Shown: in pieces, positions 47,728 to 57,864 of the stretch | How positions within the stretch are numbered: position 1 is the stretch's first letter | Layout of the letters: each line of letters begins with the position of its first letter | DNA from: Candidatus Latescibacterota bacterium | GTDB lineage: Bacteria > Latescibacterota > UBA2968 > GCA-2709665 | DNA: 64,000 nucleotides | Assembly (NCBI GenBank): GCA_965219455.1 | Contig: OZ244744.1 | Span: forward strand, 2,368,001 to 2,432,000 | Reading direction: 5' to 3' | Notes under the pieces: model-generated | The model's input: only the letters and a program-made list of their open reading frames with translations | Database searches by the model: none | What the model was told of the DNA's origin: nothing | Position numbers and translations under genes: made by a program

Positions 47728-48625
47728 TTCCGCTCAGAATGACATGCTTTGCAACGACCCTTGGCGAAATGTCTCGGTCATACCCTCGCCAATCCTGTCA
47801 TCCTGAGGAAGCCGCCCTGTCTGCCAGAGATTCATCGGCAGGCGGGCTGACGAAGGATCTACTGCGGCATCGCCTGATGTCCCAGCTGCTGGCTTTCGAT
47901 CCGACCCTAAAGGCGGCACGTCTACACCCGCTTCAGGTGCCCTCAGAATGACAGATCAGCCCATCATCATCCGCGAAACGCCGCGTCGAATAGACTACCA
48001 GTCCTTGGACAGATCACGCAACGCTGGATTGGTGTAACCTATTAGTTCGAGCTTTTTCTGGCGCGCCCAACCCTGCAGTTGCTTTTCCCTCGATATCGCT
48101 CCGCGAATGTCGGATGTCGTTTCAAAGTATATCAACCTATTCAACATATACTTGCTTGTGAAACCTGGAATGAGCTTGTGTTTGTGCTCATAGACACGCC
48201 GTTTGAGATCGTTGGTAACGCCAATATAGAGTGCGCCGCTTCGATTTGTCAAGATGTAGACGAAGTATTGGTTCATCGAAAGTCTGGATTACGCGTTATG
48301 GCGACGAAGTGTCCGCCTGGATTTATCCCTGAAGGGTTCGTCCCCACACACAACACAAACCGCGGGAGATTCTTCGCTCCGCTCAGAATGACATGCTTTG
48401 CAATAACCATTGGCGACCTGTTCCGGTCACACGTTTGCCAAACCTGTCATCCTGAGGATGCCACCAGGGAAACCAAGCCTCCGCGCATATGAGCTGGTGA
48501 AGGCTTCCACTGCTCGTAAAGCCGAGTAGACGGGAGATTCTTCGCTCCGCTCAGAATGACATGCTTTACAATAACCATTGGCGAGATGTTTCGACATGCT
48601 TGCTTCGACAGGTCTGTTTCTGTGA
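47728..48625. repeat. REP/REPIN-like repeats flanking the GIY-YIG gene
   Basis: (GAGATTCTTCGCT)CCGCTCAGAATGACATGCTTT at about 47730, 48365 and 48533, with inverted partners TGTCATCCTGAG at about 47796 and 48445. Confidence 0.85.
47995..48276 (-). CDS. Stand-alone GIY-YIG nuclease (UPF0213-like)
   Basis: YFVYIL...LYIGVTNDLKRRVYEHK, AISREKQL.GWARQKK. Confidence 0.93.
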   Translation of the reverse strand: MNQYFVYILTNRSGALYIGVTNDLKRRVYEHKHKLIPGFTSKYMLNRLIYFETTSDIRGAISREKQLQGWARQKKLELIGYTNPALRDLSKDW

Positions 48626-48627
48626 GC

Positions 48628-49554
48628 TCACGCACGTGGATGAAACGTGCGGTGGACTTCCTTCAGGTATTCCCGGTCCACGTGGGTGTAGATCTGCGTT
48701 GTCGAAATATCCACGTGCCCCAGCATTTCCTGGACGGCCCTCAGGTCGGCGCCGCCCTCCAGCAGATGGGTTGCGAACGAATGGCGCATGGTGTGCGGAC
48801 TGACCGCCTTTTCAATGCCGGAACTCCGGACGTATCCGCGCAATATCTTCCATACGCCCATCCGGGACATGCCGCCGCCGCGAAAGTTCAAAAACACCGT
48901 ATTACCGGACGAGGGCCCGCAAAGTTCGTCGCGGGCGTGCGTCACATAGCGATTGACCCACTCCACGGCTTCCGATCCGATGGGCACGATCCGCTCCCGG
49001 CTGCCCTTGCCGATCACGCGCACCACCTCCAGGTCGAACAACAGGTGAACCCGTTCCAGCCCGATCAATTCCGACACCCGGAGACCCGCTCCGTACAACA
49101 TTTCCAGCAGCGCGCGGTCCCGCAAACCCAGGGGCGTCTCCGCGTCCGGCTCCATCATCAGGCGTTCCACCTCGTAGACGTTCAGGACAGAGGGCAGTTT
49201 CCGGCCCATTTTAGGCGACTTCATATGTTCGGTGGGGTCGTTTTCGATGACGCCCTCCGCCTGCAGAAACCGATGAAACATCCGGACCGCGGTCAGATTG
49301 CGCGCCACACTGGACGCTTCCAGGCCGAGGTCTCCCAGCAACTGTAACAACGCAGACACGTCCGCCTGCGACACGTCGACGGGCGTCCTTACGCCCCGCG
49401 CCTCCAGCACGGTGGCGTACCTGTCCAGGTCCCGGGCATAGGCTGAAACGGTGTTTTCGGCCAACCCCTGCTCCAGGTGCACGTAATCCATGAACCCACG
49501 CAGCGCATCCCGCCATTCCGCTGTGAGGCGCTGCTCGCCCGCTTCTATATCCAT
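48628..49554 (-). CDS. xerD: Site-specific tyrosine recombinase XerD
   Basis: LAENTVSAYARDL, RDRALLEMLYGAGLRVSEL, SPHTMRHSFATHLLEGGADLRAVQEMLGH, TTQIYTHV. TAATG overlap with ogt. Confidence 0.93.
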   Translation of the reverse strand: MDIEAGEQRLTAEWRDALRGFMDYVHLEQGLAENTVSAYARDLDRYATVLEARGVRTPVDVSQADVSALLQLLGDLGLEASSVARNLTAVRMFHRFLQAEGVIENDPTEHMKSPKMGRKLPSVLNVYEVERLMMEPDAETPLGLRDRALLEMLYGAGLRVSELIGLERVHLLFDLEVVRVIGKGSRERIVPIGSEAVEWVNRYVTHARDELCGPSSGNTVFLNFRGGGMSRMGVWKILRGYVRSSGIEKAVSPHTMRHSFATHLLEGGADLRAVQEMLGHVDISTTQIYTHVDREYLKEVHRTFHPRA

Positions 49555-50096
49555 TATGTCCGCCATTCCTGCGAGCTCCCGGATCCGCCATTTCCCTCCA
49601 GCGCCAGCAGGGCCGCCTTCCATTCCCCGCCATAAGCGAAGCCCGTCAGGGCCCCGGAAGCCCCGACAACCCGATGACATGGCACCACAATCACGTAGGG
49701 ATTCTTCCCGAGCGCGGCGCCCACCGCACGGGCGGCCTTAGGGCGGCCTATGGCATTTGCCACGTCGCCGTAGGAACGCCGCCTGCCATACGGAATCTCC
49801 CGGGTCGCCCGCCAGACCATCCCCTGAAAAACCGTATAGCCGGAGAGATCGGGCAGGTCCTGAAACCGCACGGGCTCGCCTGAAAAATAGCCGTCCAGCG
49901 CGTCGATAAGGCGCCCTCCCGCCGGATCCGGGGGTTCGCCCTCCACCAGGGCGGGCCGGGCAACGTCGACCCGCTCGAAACGCCCCAGTTGGATGGACGC
50001 CAGCCTGCCTTTATCCCATGTCATCTTCACCCGCCCCAGCCCCGTCTGCAGGACCGCGGATTGCATCGCCGACGCCGCACTCTTTCCGTTCTTCAT
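49554..50096 (-). CDS. ogt: Methylated-DNA--protein-cysteine methyltransferase
   Basis: IPYG...SYG, ARAVG, NP...VVPCHRVV. Confidence 0.93.
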   Translation of the reverse strand: MKNGKSAASAMQSAVLQTGLGRVKMTWDKGRLASIQLGRFERVDVARPALVEGEPPDPAGGRLIDALDGYFSGEPVRFQDLPDLSGYTVFQGMVWRATREIPYGRRRSYGDVANAIGRPKAARAVGAALGKNPYVIVVPCHRVVGASGALTGFAYGGEWKAALLALEGNGGSGSSQEWRT

Positions 50097-50129
50097 TGCC
50101 CGCTCCCCGTATTACAAACGTCCGATAAT

Positions 50130-52016
50130 CTATTTCCGGGTAAGAAGACTCGTTTTAAGTTGCTCCGCTATCTGTTCCCCCAGCTTCGATCCGATACCCT
50201 CCACCGCCGCGAGTTCGGATGCATCCGCCTCCCATATCTTCTTCATCGACCCGAAGTGGGTCAACAGCGCCTTCCGCCGGTCCGGACCCACCCCGTCGAT
50301 CTCATCCAGTTGGGAAGCCAGCGTTCGTTTCTGCCGCAGCTTTCGGTGATAGGCGATTGCAAACCGGTGCGATTCATCCCGAACGGCCTGCAACAGCTTG
50401 AGCGCCGCCGAGGCCTTGGGGATATTCTGAGGGTCCGAATGATCGGGCAGGAATACTTCCTCCAGGCGCTTGGCGAGGCCGATCACGGGCTGTTTCCGAA
50501 CGCCCAGCGCATGCAACGCCGCCACCGCGCTGGAAAGCTGCCCCTTACCGCCGTCGATCAACAGCAGATCGGGAAACGCCCGACCCTCCTCCATCAGGCG
50601 TTTGAAGCGCCGCGTCACCACCTGCCGCATCATGGCGAAATCGTCCGGCCCCTCGATACCCGTAATCCTGAAGTGCCTGTACTCGGACTTCCGGGGCCGG
50701 CCATCCACAAAACAGACCAGCGACGCCACGGGATCCGTCCCCTGGAAATTGGAAATATCCATGGCCTCGATACGCTTCGGGGGGCCCTCCAGGCGCAGGT
50801 CGCGCTGCAGCGCCACAACGGCGGCCGGCGCCTGTGACCTCCGGTTTTCGCGTCGCAACCGGCGCTCGCTGAGCAACAGCGCGGCGTTGTTCTCCGCCAT
50901 CTTCACCAGCCGCGCCTTATCGCCACGCTGGGGCACGCGGATTTCCACAAGGCCGCCGGCCCGCCCCCGCAACCAATCCAGCACGGCTTCGCGCGATTCG
51001 ATATCGCACGGAAGGCAGATCTCCTCCGGCACAAACGAGGCGGTCAGATAGAGCAATTGCACAAAGGAGCCGACTACCTCGGCCATTGGCGCGTCCAGCA
51101 CGCCGCCCAGGAAATAGTGTTGCCTCCCGATCAGCCTCCCCTCCCGGACCTCCATCACCACGCAGCAGGCTTCGTCGTCTTCCCTGGCAACGGCAATCGT
51201 ATCCCAGTCCTTCTGTTCCGCGGACACCACCTTCTGGCGGTTGGTCGTCTGCGCCAGGTCTCTCAGGCGATCCCGGTAGACCGCGGCTTCTTCGAAACGC
51301 TGCCCGGCCGCCGCATTCCTCATACGTTCCTTCAGCGCGGCCACCACCTGGGTATGACGCCCCGTCAGAAACAGTACGGCCTCGCGCACGATCTTGCGGT
51401 ACTCCGCCGCCGAAATCAGCCCCTCGCAGGGGCCGTCGCACCGTTTAATCTCATAATCCAGGCAGAGCCGGACGTTGCCCGCGGGCAGCGCGTAGTCGCA
51501 ACTGCGGATCCGAAACAGCCGGTGCATCGTTTCCAGGGTCCGGCGCATGGCCTTCACGTCCGTATAGGGGCCCAGGTAACGCGAACCGTCCTTGACCACG
51601 TCGCGCGTAAACACAATCCGGGGAAACGGTTCATCGGTAATTCTGATAAAGGGGTACTTCTTGTCGTCCTTCAGATTGATATTGTACCGGGGCTTGTGCT
51701 CCTTGATCAGGTTGGCCTCCAGAATCAGGGCCTCCACCTCGGTATCCGCCACGATATATTCCAGATCCCTCGCGTTGCGCACGAGCGCCCGGAACTGACG
51801 ACGGCCGTCGTCCGCATTGGACCGGATGTAGGATTGCGCACGGCTTCGCAGACACTTGGCCTTTCCGATGTAAATGATCCGTCCCTGTTCGTCCTTCAAC
51901 ATATATACACCGGGTTCCCTGGGCATATGGGCCACAATCTCATTGAGGCGCCTGCGCACGGCTTTACGGCTCATTCCCGCCGGTGCGGAAATCCGGTCCG
52001 TGGATCCCGAATCCAT
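50130..52016 (-). CDS. uvrC: Excinuclease ABC subunit C
   Basis: PGVY..IIYIGKAK, EALILEANLIK..KPRYN, DISN, LIDGGKGQL and a C-terminal HhH. Confidence 0.97.
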   Translation of the reverse strand: MDSGSTDRISAPAGMSRKAVRRRLNEIVAHMPREPGVYMLKDEQGRIIYIGKAKCLRSRAQSYIRSNADDGRRQFRALVRNARDLEYIVADTEVEALILEANLIKEHKPRYNINLKDDKKYPFIRITDEPFPRIVFTRDVVKDGSRYLGPYTDVKAMRRTLETMHRLFRIRSCDYALPAGNVRLCLDYEIKRCDGPCEGLISAAEYRKIVREAVLFLTGRHTQVVAALKERMRNAAAGQRFEEAAVYRDRLRDLAQTTNRQKVVSAEQKDWDTIAVAREDDEACCVVMEVREGRLIGRQHYFLGGVLDAPMAEVVGSFVQLLYLTASFVPEEICLPCDIESREAVLDWLRGRAGGLVEIRVPQRGDKARLVKMAENNAALLLSERRLRRENRRSQAPAAVVALQRDLRLEGPPKRIEAMDISNFQGTDPVASLVCFVDGRPRKSEYRHFRITGIEGPDDFAMMRQVVTRRFKRLMEEGRAFPDLLLIDGGKGQLSSAVAALHALGVRKQPVIGLAKRLEEVFLPDHSDPQNIPKASAALKLLQAVRDESHRFAIAYHRKLRQKRTLASQLDEIDGVGPDRRKALLTHFGSMKKIWEADASELAAVEGIGSKLGEQIAEQLKTSLLTRK

Positions 52017-52063
52017 TTTTTCCGCCTTTTTTCAGGGGGCGCATTGCCGCCCGATTCCCGCGG

Positions 52064-52558
52064 TCAAATGTCCACAATCTCGACCTGCAAGCGCTGCAGA
52101 TCCAGCATCCCGACCGTGGACCGGCCGGTCACCCAGCCACCCGCCTCTCCCGGATTGACGACCAGAGTCCCGCCGGTTCGGACGTCTATCTCGTGGGTAT
52201 GGCCGTAGACGATCACGTCGTAGGCGCCGCTTTCCGCCAGCGCGTCCACTACATCGGGCTCGTGCAGAACCAGCAGCCGCCTGCCCTCGTAGTGGAAGGC
52301 ATGGGGCGCCCGGTGAATGGGGCCCAACGCCTCGAACTGGGCGCGAAGTCCGAAGCGCTCGCCGTCATTGTTACCGAATACCCCGACCATGGGCGCGTTC
52401 AGGTCCGCCATCCATTTGGCATTGAAGGGCGCGATGTAGTCTCCCGCGTGAACCACCAGCCCAACCTCACGCTCGTTGAACAGCGCCACCGACTTCTCCA
52501 CCGAAGTCCTGTTGTCGTGCGTGTCGGCAATCAGCCCCACCAGATGCGCGTATGCCAT
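52064..52558 (-). CDS. Metallophosphoesterase (YfcE family)
   Basis: ADTHDN, HAGD, GNND, YGHTH, NPG. Confidence 0.92.
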   Translation of the reverse strand: MAYAHLVGLIADTHDNRTSVEKSVALFNEREVGLVVHAGDYIAPFNAKWMADLNAPMVGVFGNNDGERFGLRAQFEALGPIHRAPHAFHYEGRRLLVLHEPDVVDALAESGAYDVIVYGHTHEIDVRTGGTLVVNPGEAGGWVTGRSTVGMLDLQRLQVEIVDI

Positions 52559-53043
52559 GGAAACCATCCGTTCGTTTGCGTGTTTCAATCAACGGTTCGA
52601 CGTCTGCGAGGACGCGGGGCACGGGAGCATCAAAATCCCAGACAAACTTACGTCTCTCCCGTGGTTTTGTCAACCGAAGGGTAAGTCAGTTGAAAGACCG
52701 CGGGCGTTTGGGCGGACCGGGGCCGAGACCTACCCCCTATCCCCCTTCCTGAAGGAAGGGGGAACTGTCATCGGTTGATCACGTCTCAATCGACGATAAA
52801 ATCCATCTGACATATTGAGACAAACCAACGGTTGTCTCCCCCTTTCCTTTAGGAGAGGGGGCCGGGGGGAGAGGTTACGGCGCTGAGGTCGGCCAAAATC
52901 TGGCAACCTGTTTCCGCGAATCAACGCTAAGTTTATGTTGACAAGTATGATAGATTGTGTGAATTTTGAGACCGTCCATCACACGGGCGCGGGTCGTGGG
53001 CGAGGCGTGAGTCGCCCAAACCTCCGCCACAGAGGAAACTTCA

Positions 53044-53973
53044 ATGGCAGTTTTGAAAATCGCGCTTCCGTCGGGCAGCCTCCGGGAATCCACCCTCAAT
53101 CTTTTCGCAAACGCCGGCTATCGCATTCTCGCCAACCACAGGTCCTACATCCCGTCGATCGACGATCCGGACCTGGAAGGCCTGTTCCTGCGCGCGCAGG
53201 AAATCGCCCATTACGTGGAGCGGGGCGTGCTCGACGTTGGCCTGACCGGCAAAGACTGGATCCTGGAAAACGGCGCCGACGTTGTCGAGGTCGCGGAACT
53301 TCCTTACAGCAAATCCACCGCGCAGCCGGCGCGCTGGGTTATCGCCGTGCCGGAAGAATCGCCGGTTCGCACCGTGGACGATCTCCAGGGCAAACGTATT
53401 GCGACGGAACTGGTCAACGTCACTCGAAAATACCTTGACGCGCGGGGCATACGGGCGGAGGTGGAATTCTCCTGGGGGTCCACCGAAGCCAAGGTCCGGA
53501 CTGCAGGAACGCCGCGCGGAAACGCGCAGGAAGGGGACGGCCCGGTCTACGAGCCTGGCCTGGTGGACGCCATTGTGGAACTCACGGAAACCGGTTCCTC
53601 CATCCGGGCCAACAAACTTCGGATCGTGGAGAGTCTGCTTGAAACCACCCCCCGCCTGATTGCCAACAAAAACGCGTGGGACGACCCGTGGAAACGGGAG
53701 AAGACGCAGAACATCGCCACGCTGCTTGTCGGCGCCTTCCAGGCCGAAGACAAGGTGGGCCTCAAGATGAACGTCCGCCGGAGAGACCTGGATGCGGTCG
53801 TCGGGCTGCTTCCGGCGCTGAACAACCCCACCATTTCGAATCTGCTCGACGGCGACTGGGTGGCCGTCGAGGTTGTCGTTGACGAACGCGTCGTGCGCGA
53901 CACCGTGCCCCTGCTGAAGAACAAAGGCGCTGAAGGCATTATCGAATACCCATTGAACAAAGTGATCTACTGA
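53044..53973 (+). CDS. hisG: ATP phosphoribosyltransferase (long form)
   Basis: [32 protein letters not shown] and a C-terminal regulatory domain. Confidence 0.95.
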   Translation: MAVLKIALPSGSLRESTLNLFANAGYRILANHRSYIPSIDDPDLEGLFLRAQEIAHYVERGVLDVGLTGKDWILENGADVVEVAELPYSKSTAQPARWVIAVPEESPVRTVDDLQGKRIATELVNVTRKYLDARGIRAEVEFSWGSTEAKVRTAGTPRGNAQEGDGPVYEPGLVDAIVELTETGSSIRANKLRIVESLLETTPRLIANKNAWDDPWKREKTQNIATLLVGAFQAEDKVGLKMNVRRRDLDAVVGLLPALNNPTISNLLDGDWVAVEVVVDERVVRDTVPLLKNKGAEGIIEYPLNKVIY

Positions 53974-55268
53974 TGATCGACGTTTTCGCCCACGATCCGC
54001 AGAATCCGCACCGAAAACTCCAGGCCATTCTTTCACGGACCACCGATTTCGAGCCCGAATTGCTGGCCTCCGTGCAGGAGATTGTCCGGGCCGTGCGGGC
54101 GCGCGGGGACGACGCGGTCCTGGAATACACCCGGCAATTCGACGGCGTGGACCTTACGGCGGACCGGATGCGGGTACCCGGGTCGGACATCGAAGCCGCC
54201 TACAGGGGCGCGGATCCAGACCTGATCAAGACCATCACGGCCGCGGCGGACAACATCCGGCGGTTTCACGGCGCGCAGAAGCAGACGTCATGGTTCATCG
54301 AAGACGGCGACGGCGTGGTGCTCGGCAGACGGGTGCTTCCCATCGAACGGGTTGGCATTCTCATTCCCGGCGCCAGCGCACCGCTTTTCTCCACGCTCCT
54401 GATGGCCGCCATTCCCGCCCGCATCGCGGGCGTGGCGCGAATCTGCATGGCCACGCCCGCGCGGCCGGACGGCTCCGTCCATCCGGCCGTGCTGGCGGCC
54501 GCCCATATCGTCGGCGTGAATGAAATCTACCGGGTTTTCGGCGCCCAGGCCGTTGCCGCCATGGCCTACGGTACCGCCTCCATCCCCTGGGTGGACAAAC
54601 TCGTGGGCCCCGGCCACCCCTCCGTCCAGATCGCGAAAAAGCTGGTCTTCGGAACCGTCGACATCGACATGGTCGCCGGCCCCAGCGAAATCGTCGTTCT
54701 GGCCGACGAAACCGCCAACCCCAGACACGTCGCCGCCGACCTGCTATCCCAGGCCGAACACGGCAGCGGCTTCGAAGTCGCCGTCTGTATCACGCCTTGC
54801 GTCGACCTCGCCAGGCGGGTCGCGGACGAAATCGAACGGCAGGCCGCCCGCCTGGACCGCCGCGACGCCATCCGAAAAGCCCTGCGAAACTTTGGCGCGG
54901 TTGTGGTGGTGCAGGACCTGGACGAAGGCATCCGGTTGGCCAATCGTATCGCCCCGGAACACATGGAACTCCTGGTGCGGGACCCATGGGCCTGCCTGAG
55001 CGACGTCAGACACGCGGGCGCCGTGTTTCTGGGCGCGGCCTCGTCCGAACCGGTCGGCGACTACTACGCCGGCGTGAACCACATCCTGCCGACCGCCGGC
55101 GCCGCGCGCTTCGCCTCGCCGGTGGGCGTGGATACCTTTCTGAAAAGCACGAATATCGTCTCCTACACGGACCGCCGGCTGGAAAAAACCGCCGGCGACG
55201 TTATTGCCCTGGCCGAAGCCGAGGGACTGGACGCCCACGCCAACGCCATCCGCGTCCGGCAGGAATAA
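53973..55268 (+). CDS. hisD: Histidinol dehydrogenase
   Basis: IDMVAGPSE, DLLSQAEH, APEH, GDYYAG.NH.LPT. Confidence 0.96.
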   Translation: MIDVFAHDPQNPHRKLQAILSRTTDFEPELLASVQEIVRAVRARGDDAVLEYTRQFDGVDLTADRMRVPGSDIEAAYRGADPDLIKTITAAADNIRRFHGAQKQTSWFIEDGDGVVLGRRVLPIERVGILIPGASAPLFSTLLMAAIPARIAGVARICMATPARPDGSVHPAVLAAAHIVGVNEIYRVFGAQAVAAMAYGTASIPWVDKLVGPGHPSVQIAKKLVFGTVDIDMVAGPSEIVVLADETANPRHVAADLLSQAEHGSGFEVAVCITPCVDLARRVADEIERQAARLDRRDAIRKALRNFGAVVVVQDLDEGIRLANRIAPEHMELLVRDPWACLSDVRHAGAVFLGAASSEPVGDYYAGVNHILPTAGAARFASPVGVDTFLKSTNIVSYTDRRLEKTAGDVIALAEAEGLDAHANAIRVRQE

Positions 55269-55347
55269 ATCGCAACCGCCCGCCCGGGCAACCTCCACGT
55301 ACCAGCGGGGACCAAGGGCGAGGCGTTCTCATTTTTAATGGCTCCCG

Positions 55348-56427
55348 ATGATCAAACCGCCCCTGCAACGCATCAGGCCGGAAGTCCGTTCGGTGGACGG
55401 GTACCACCTGACGCACTACAACTGTCCGGTGAAGCTGAACCAGAACGAAAGCCCGTTCGACCTACCGGACGATCTGAAAAACGAGATCCTGGAAGCCGTC
55501 CGGAAGCGACCCTGGTTCCGCTACCCTCAACCGATGCAGATGGACCTGGTGGACGCCCTGGCGGCATACGCCGGCTGGCGTCCGGACGCGCTGATCGTGT
55601 GCAACGGCTCCAACACCCTCGTACAGCTTGTCCTGGCCGTCAGTACCTCTCCGGGCGCGCCGGTGGTCATACCCTCGCCCAGTTTCTCGCTGTACGGGCT
55701 TTACGCCGGCTTCTTCGGGGGGCGCGTGATTCCGGTGGACCTCCGGGCGGACTATACCTTCGACCTGCCCGCAATCGGGGAAGCGGTCCGGCGCGAATCG
55801 GCAAACATGGTCATCTTCTGTTCGCCCAACAACCCCACGGGCTGCATCGTTTCCAACCCCGACCTGGAAGACCTGCTCCGGGAAACCGACGCGCTGGTGA
55901 TGGTGGACGAAGCCTATGCGGAGTTCACGGACGACACCGCCCGAGACCTGATTTCCCGGTACCCGAACCTCATTGTATTGAAAACCTTCTCCAAGGCCCT
56001 CGGCGCCGCGGGCATCCGCATCGGCTACCTGATGGCCCACCCCGAGATCGCACGGGAGATCCTGAAAGCCAAAGTGCCGTTCGACGTCAATGTGTTCTCT
56101 CATACAGCCGCGCTGCACATTCTGAAACACGATCACCTGATCCGGGAGCGCGTCGGGCTGATCCGGGACGAACGTGAGCGTGTATTCGGCGCTTTGCGAA
56201 AAATCGACGGCGTGGGCCCCTATCCATCGCATGCCAACTTCATCCTTTTTGAAGTGGACAACCCGGGCCGGGTCTTCCACGGGCTGATCGAAAGGGGCAT
56301 CCTCATCCGAAACGTGACCGGCTATCCTCTGCTCGAGAACGCCCTGCGCGTCAGTATCGGGACGGCCGAGGACAACACCCGGTTTTTGAACGTGCTCGAA
56401 CAAACACTCAAGGACTCGTGTGTATAA
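55348..56427 (+). CDS. hisC: Histidinol-phosphate aminotransferase
   Basis: KLNQNESP, PNNPTG, DEAY.EF, KTFSKA.G.AG.R.GY. Confidence 0.95.
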   Translation: MIKPPLQRIRPEVRSVDGYHLTHYNCPVKLNQNESPFDLPDDLKNEILEAVRKRPWFRYPQPMQMDLVDALAAYAGWRPDALIVCNGSNTLVQLVLAVSTSPGAPVVIPSPSFSLYGLYAGFFGGRVIPVDLRADYTFDLPAIGEAVRRESANMVIFCSPNNPTGCIVSNPDLEDLLRETDALVMVDEAYAEFTDDTARDLISRYPNLIVLKTFSKALGAAGIRIGYLMAHPEIAREILKAKVPFDVNVFSHTAALHILKHDHLIRERVGLIRDERERVFGALRKIDGVGPYPSHANFILFEVDNPGRVFHGLIERGILIRNVTGYPLLENALRVSIGTAEDNTRFLNVLEQTLKDSCV

Positions 56428-56483
56428 TACACACCCGGCGTCCTGTCCCGGAAAGTTGCAGTCATTCAGGAAAGGTAAACCCC

Positions 56484-57077
56484 ATGCCGGCCCTGCGCAC
56501 CGCCCGCATACAACGCAAGACATCCGAAACCGATATTGACCTCACGCTCAACCTGGACGGTTCGGGCGATTGCAGGCTGGAAACCGGCATCGGTTTTTTC
56601 GACCACATGCTCAACGCGTTTGCAAGGCACGGAGGTTTCGACCTGGACGTGGCCTGCCGGGGCGACCTGGACGTGGACGCGCACCATACGGTGGAAGACG
56701 TGGGCATCTGTCTAGGCCGGGCGTTCTCGGAAGCGCTGGGCGACAAGACCGGCATTACGCGCTTCGGACACAGTTTCGTGCCCATGGACGAAGCCCTGGC
56801 GCGCGCGGCGGTCGACCTGTCGGGCCGGCCGTTCCTGGTCTACAACGCCGATCTGCCCGATGAGATGGTCGGCGCGTACCCGACAGCGATGAGCCCGGAA
56901 TTCTTCCGGTCCCTCGCGGACCACGGGCGTCTCAACGCACACATCGACCTGATTCGCGGGACGAACGCCCACCACGCCACCGAAGCGATTTTCAAGGCCG
57001 TGGGCCGGGCGCTCAGGCAGGCGTACGGACGGGATCCCGGCGTCGTGGGGATTCCTTCGACCAAGGGCGTGTTGTAA
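56484..57077 (+). CDS. hisB: Imidazoleglycerol-phosphate dehydratase
   Basis: R.TSETDI, TGIGFFDHML, HHTVEDVG, PMDE, NAHH, PSTKGVL. Confidence 0.97.
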   Translation: MPALRTARIQRKTSETDIDLTLNLDGSGDCRLETGIGFFDHMLNAFARHGGFDLDVACRGDLDVDAHHTVEDVGICLGRAFSEALGDKTGITRFGHSFVPMDEALARAAVDLSGRPFLVYNADLPDEMVGAYPTAMSPEFFRSLADHGRLNAHIDLIRGTNAHHATEAIFKAVGRALRQAYGRDPGVVGIPSTKGVL

Positions 57078-57132
57078 GGCCCACCCGCCCATCCGCATTG
57101 GTTACGGCACGACTCTTGACAAGGCGCACCCC

Positions 57133-57663
57133 TTGACCCCACCATTCGATCCCGATGCCGCGGGCCGAAAGGTCCTTAGCCTGGCCCAGGTCCGCCGGGT
57201 CCGGCGGCGTCTGACACGAACCCGCGCCAGGCTGGTTTTCACGAATGGCTGCTTCGATCTGATCCATCCGGGCCACGTCGCTTTTCTGCAGCGGGCCCGC
57301 TCCCTGGGCGACACGCTCCTCCTGGGCCTCAACAGCGACGACTCCGTCCGCCGCATCAAGGGCAGGGGCCGCCCGATTCTCTCCGTTGAGGAACGGATCG
57401 CCGTGCTGGCGGGCCTGGAAGCCGTCGACTATATCTGCGTGTTCGATGAGGACACCCCGCACAACATACTTCGCGAGCTGTTGCCCGATATCCTCGTAAA
57501 GGGCGGGGACTATGCGGCGGGCCAGATCGTCGGCAGAGAGGTGGTCGAAAACGCCGGAGGCCGCGCGGCCACCGTGTCCACCGCGTTCGAAACCTCCACC
57601 TCGTCCATAATCAGACGCGTCGTGGAGGCCGTGGGGACCTTTTCTCCCCGGGCCAGACAATAA
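57133..57663 (+). CDS. rfaE2: D-glycero-beta-D-manno-heptose 1-phosphate adenylyltransferase
   Basis: VFTNGCFDLIHPGH, GLNSDDSVRRIKG..RP, KGGDY, STSSII. Confidence 0.9.
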   Translation: MTPPFDPDAAGRKVLSLAQVRRVRRRLTRTRARLVFTNGCFDLIHPGHVAFLQRARSLGDTLLLGLNSDDSVRRIKGRGRPILSVEERIAVLAGLEAVDYICVFDEDTPHNILRELLPDILVKGGDYAAGQIVGREVVENAGGRAATVSTAFETSTSSIIRRVVEAVGTFSPRARQ

Positions 57664-57864
57664 TCATCTCACACAAAGACACGAAGACACAAAGGAAACC
57701 GGGAAACAACCGAAGGGAGGGCAACTTCAAGGATTGCCCCTGCAAATCCAATTTAGACGCTACGAGGGCAGGATGCCCTCGCTCCCAGGGAACCTCTTCC
57801 CCCGGCCCCTCTCTCCCGCAGGGTGGGTAGATTCTTCCTCGACGTTGGCCAAAACAGGTGCGCC

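Noticed and set aside
48628-49554. Tyrosine recombinase as an integron or phage integrase
   Set aside because: It has typical XerD motifs, sits in a housekeeping uvrC-ogt operon and lacks an IntI-type insertion. I found no convincing attC sites.
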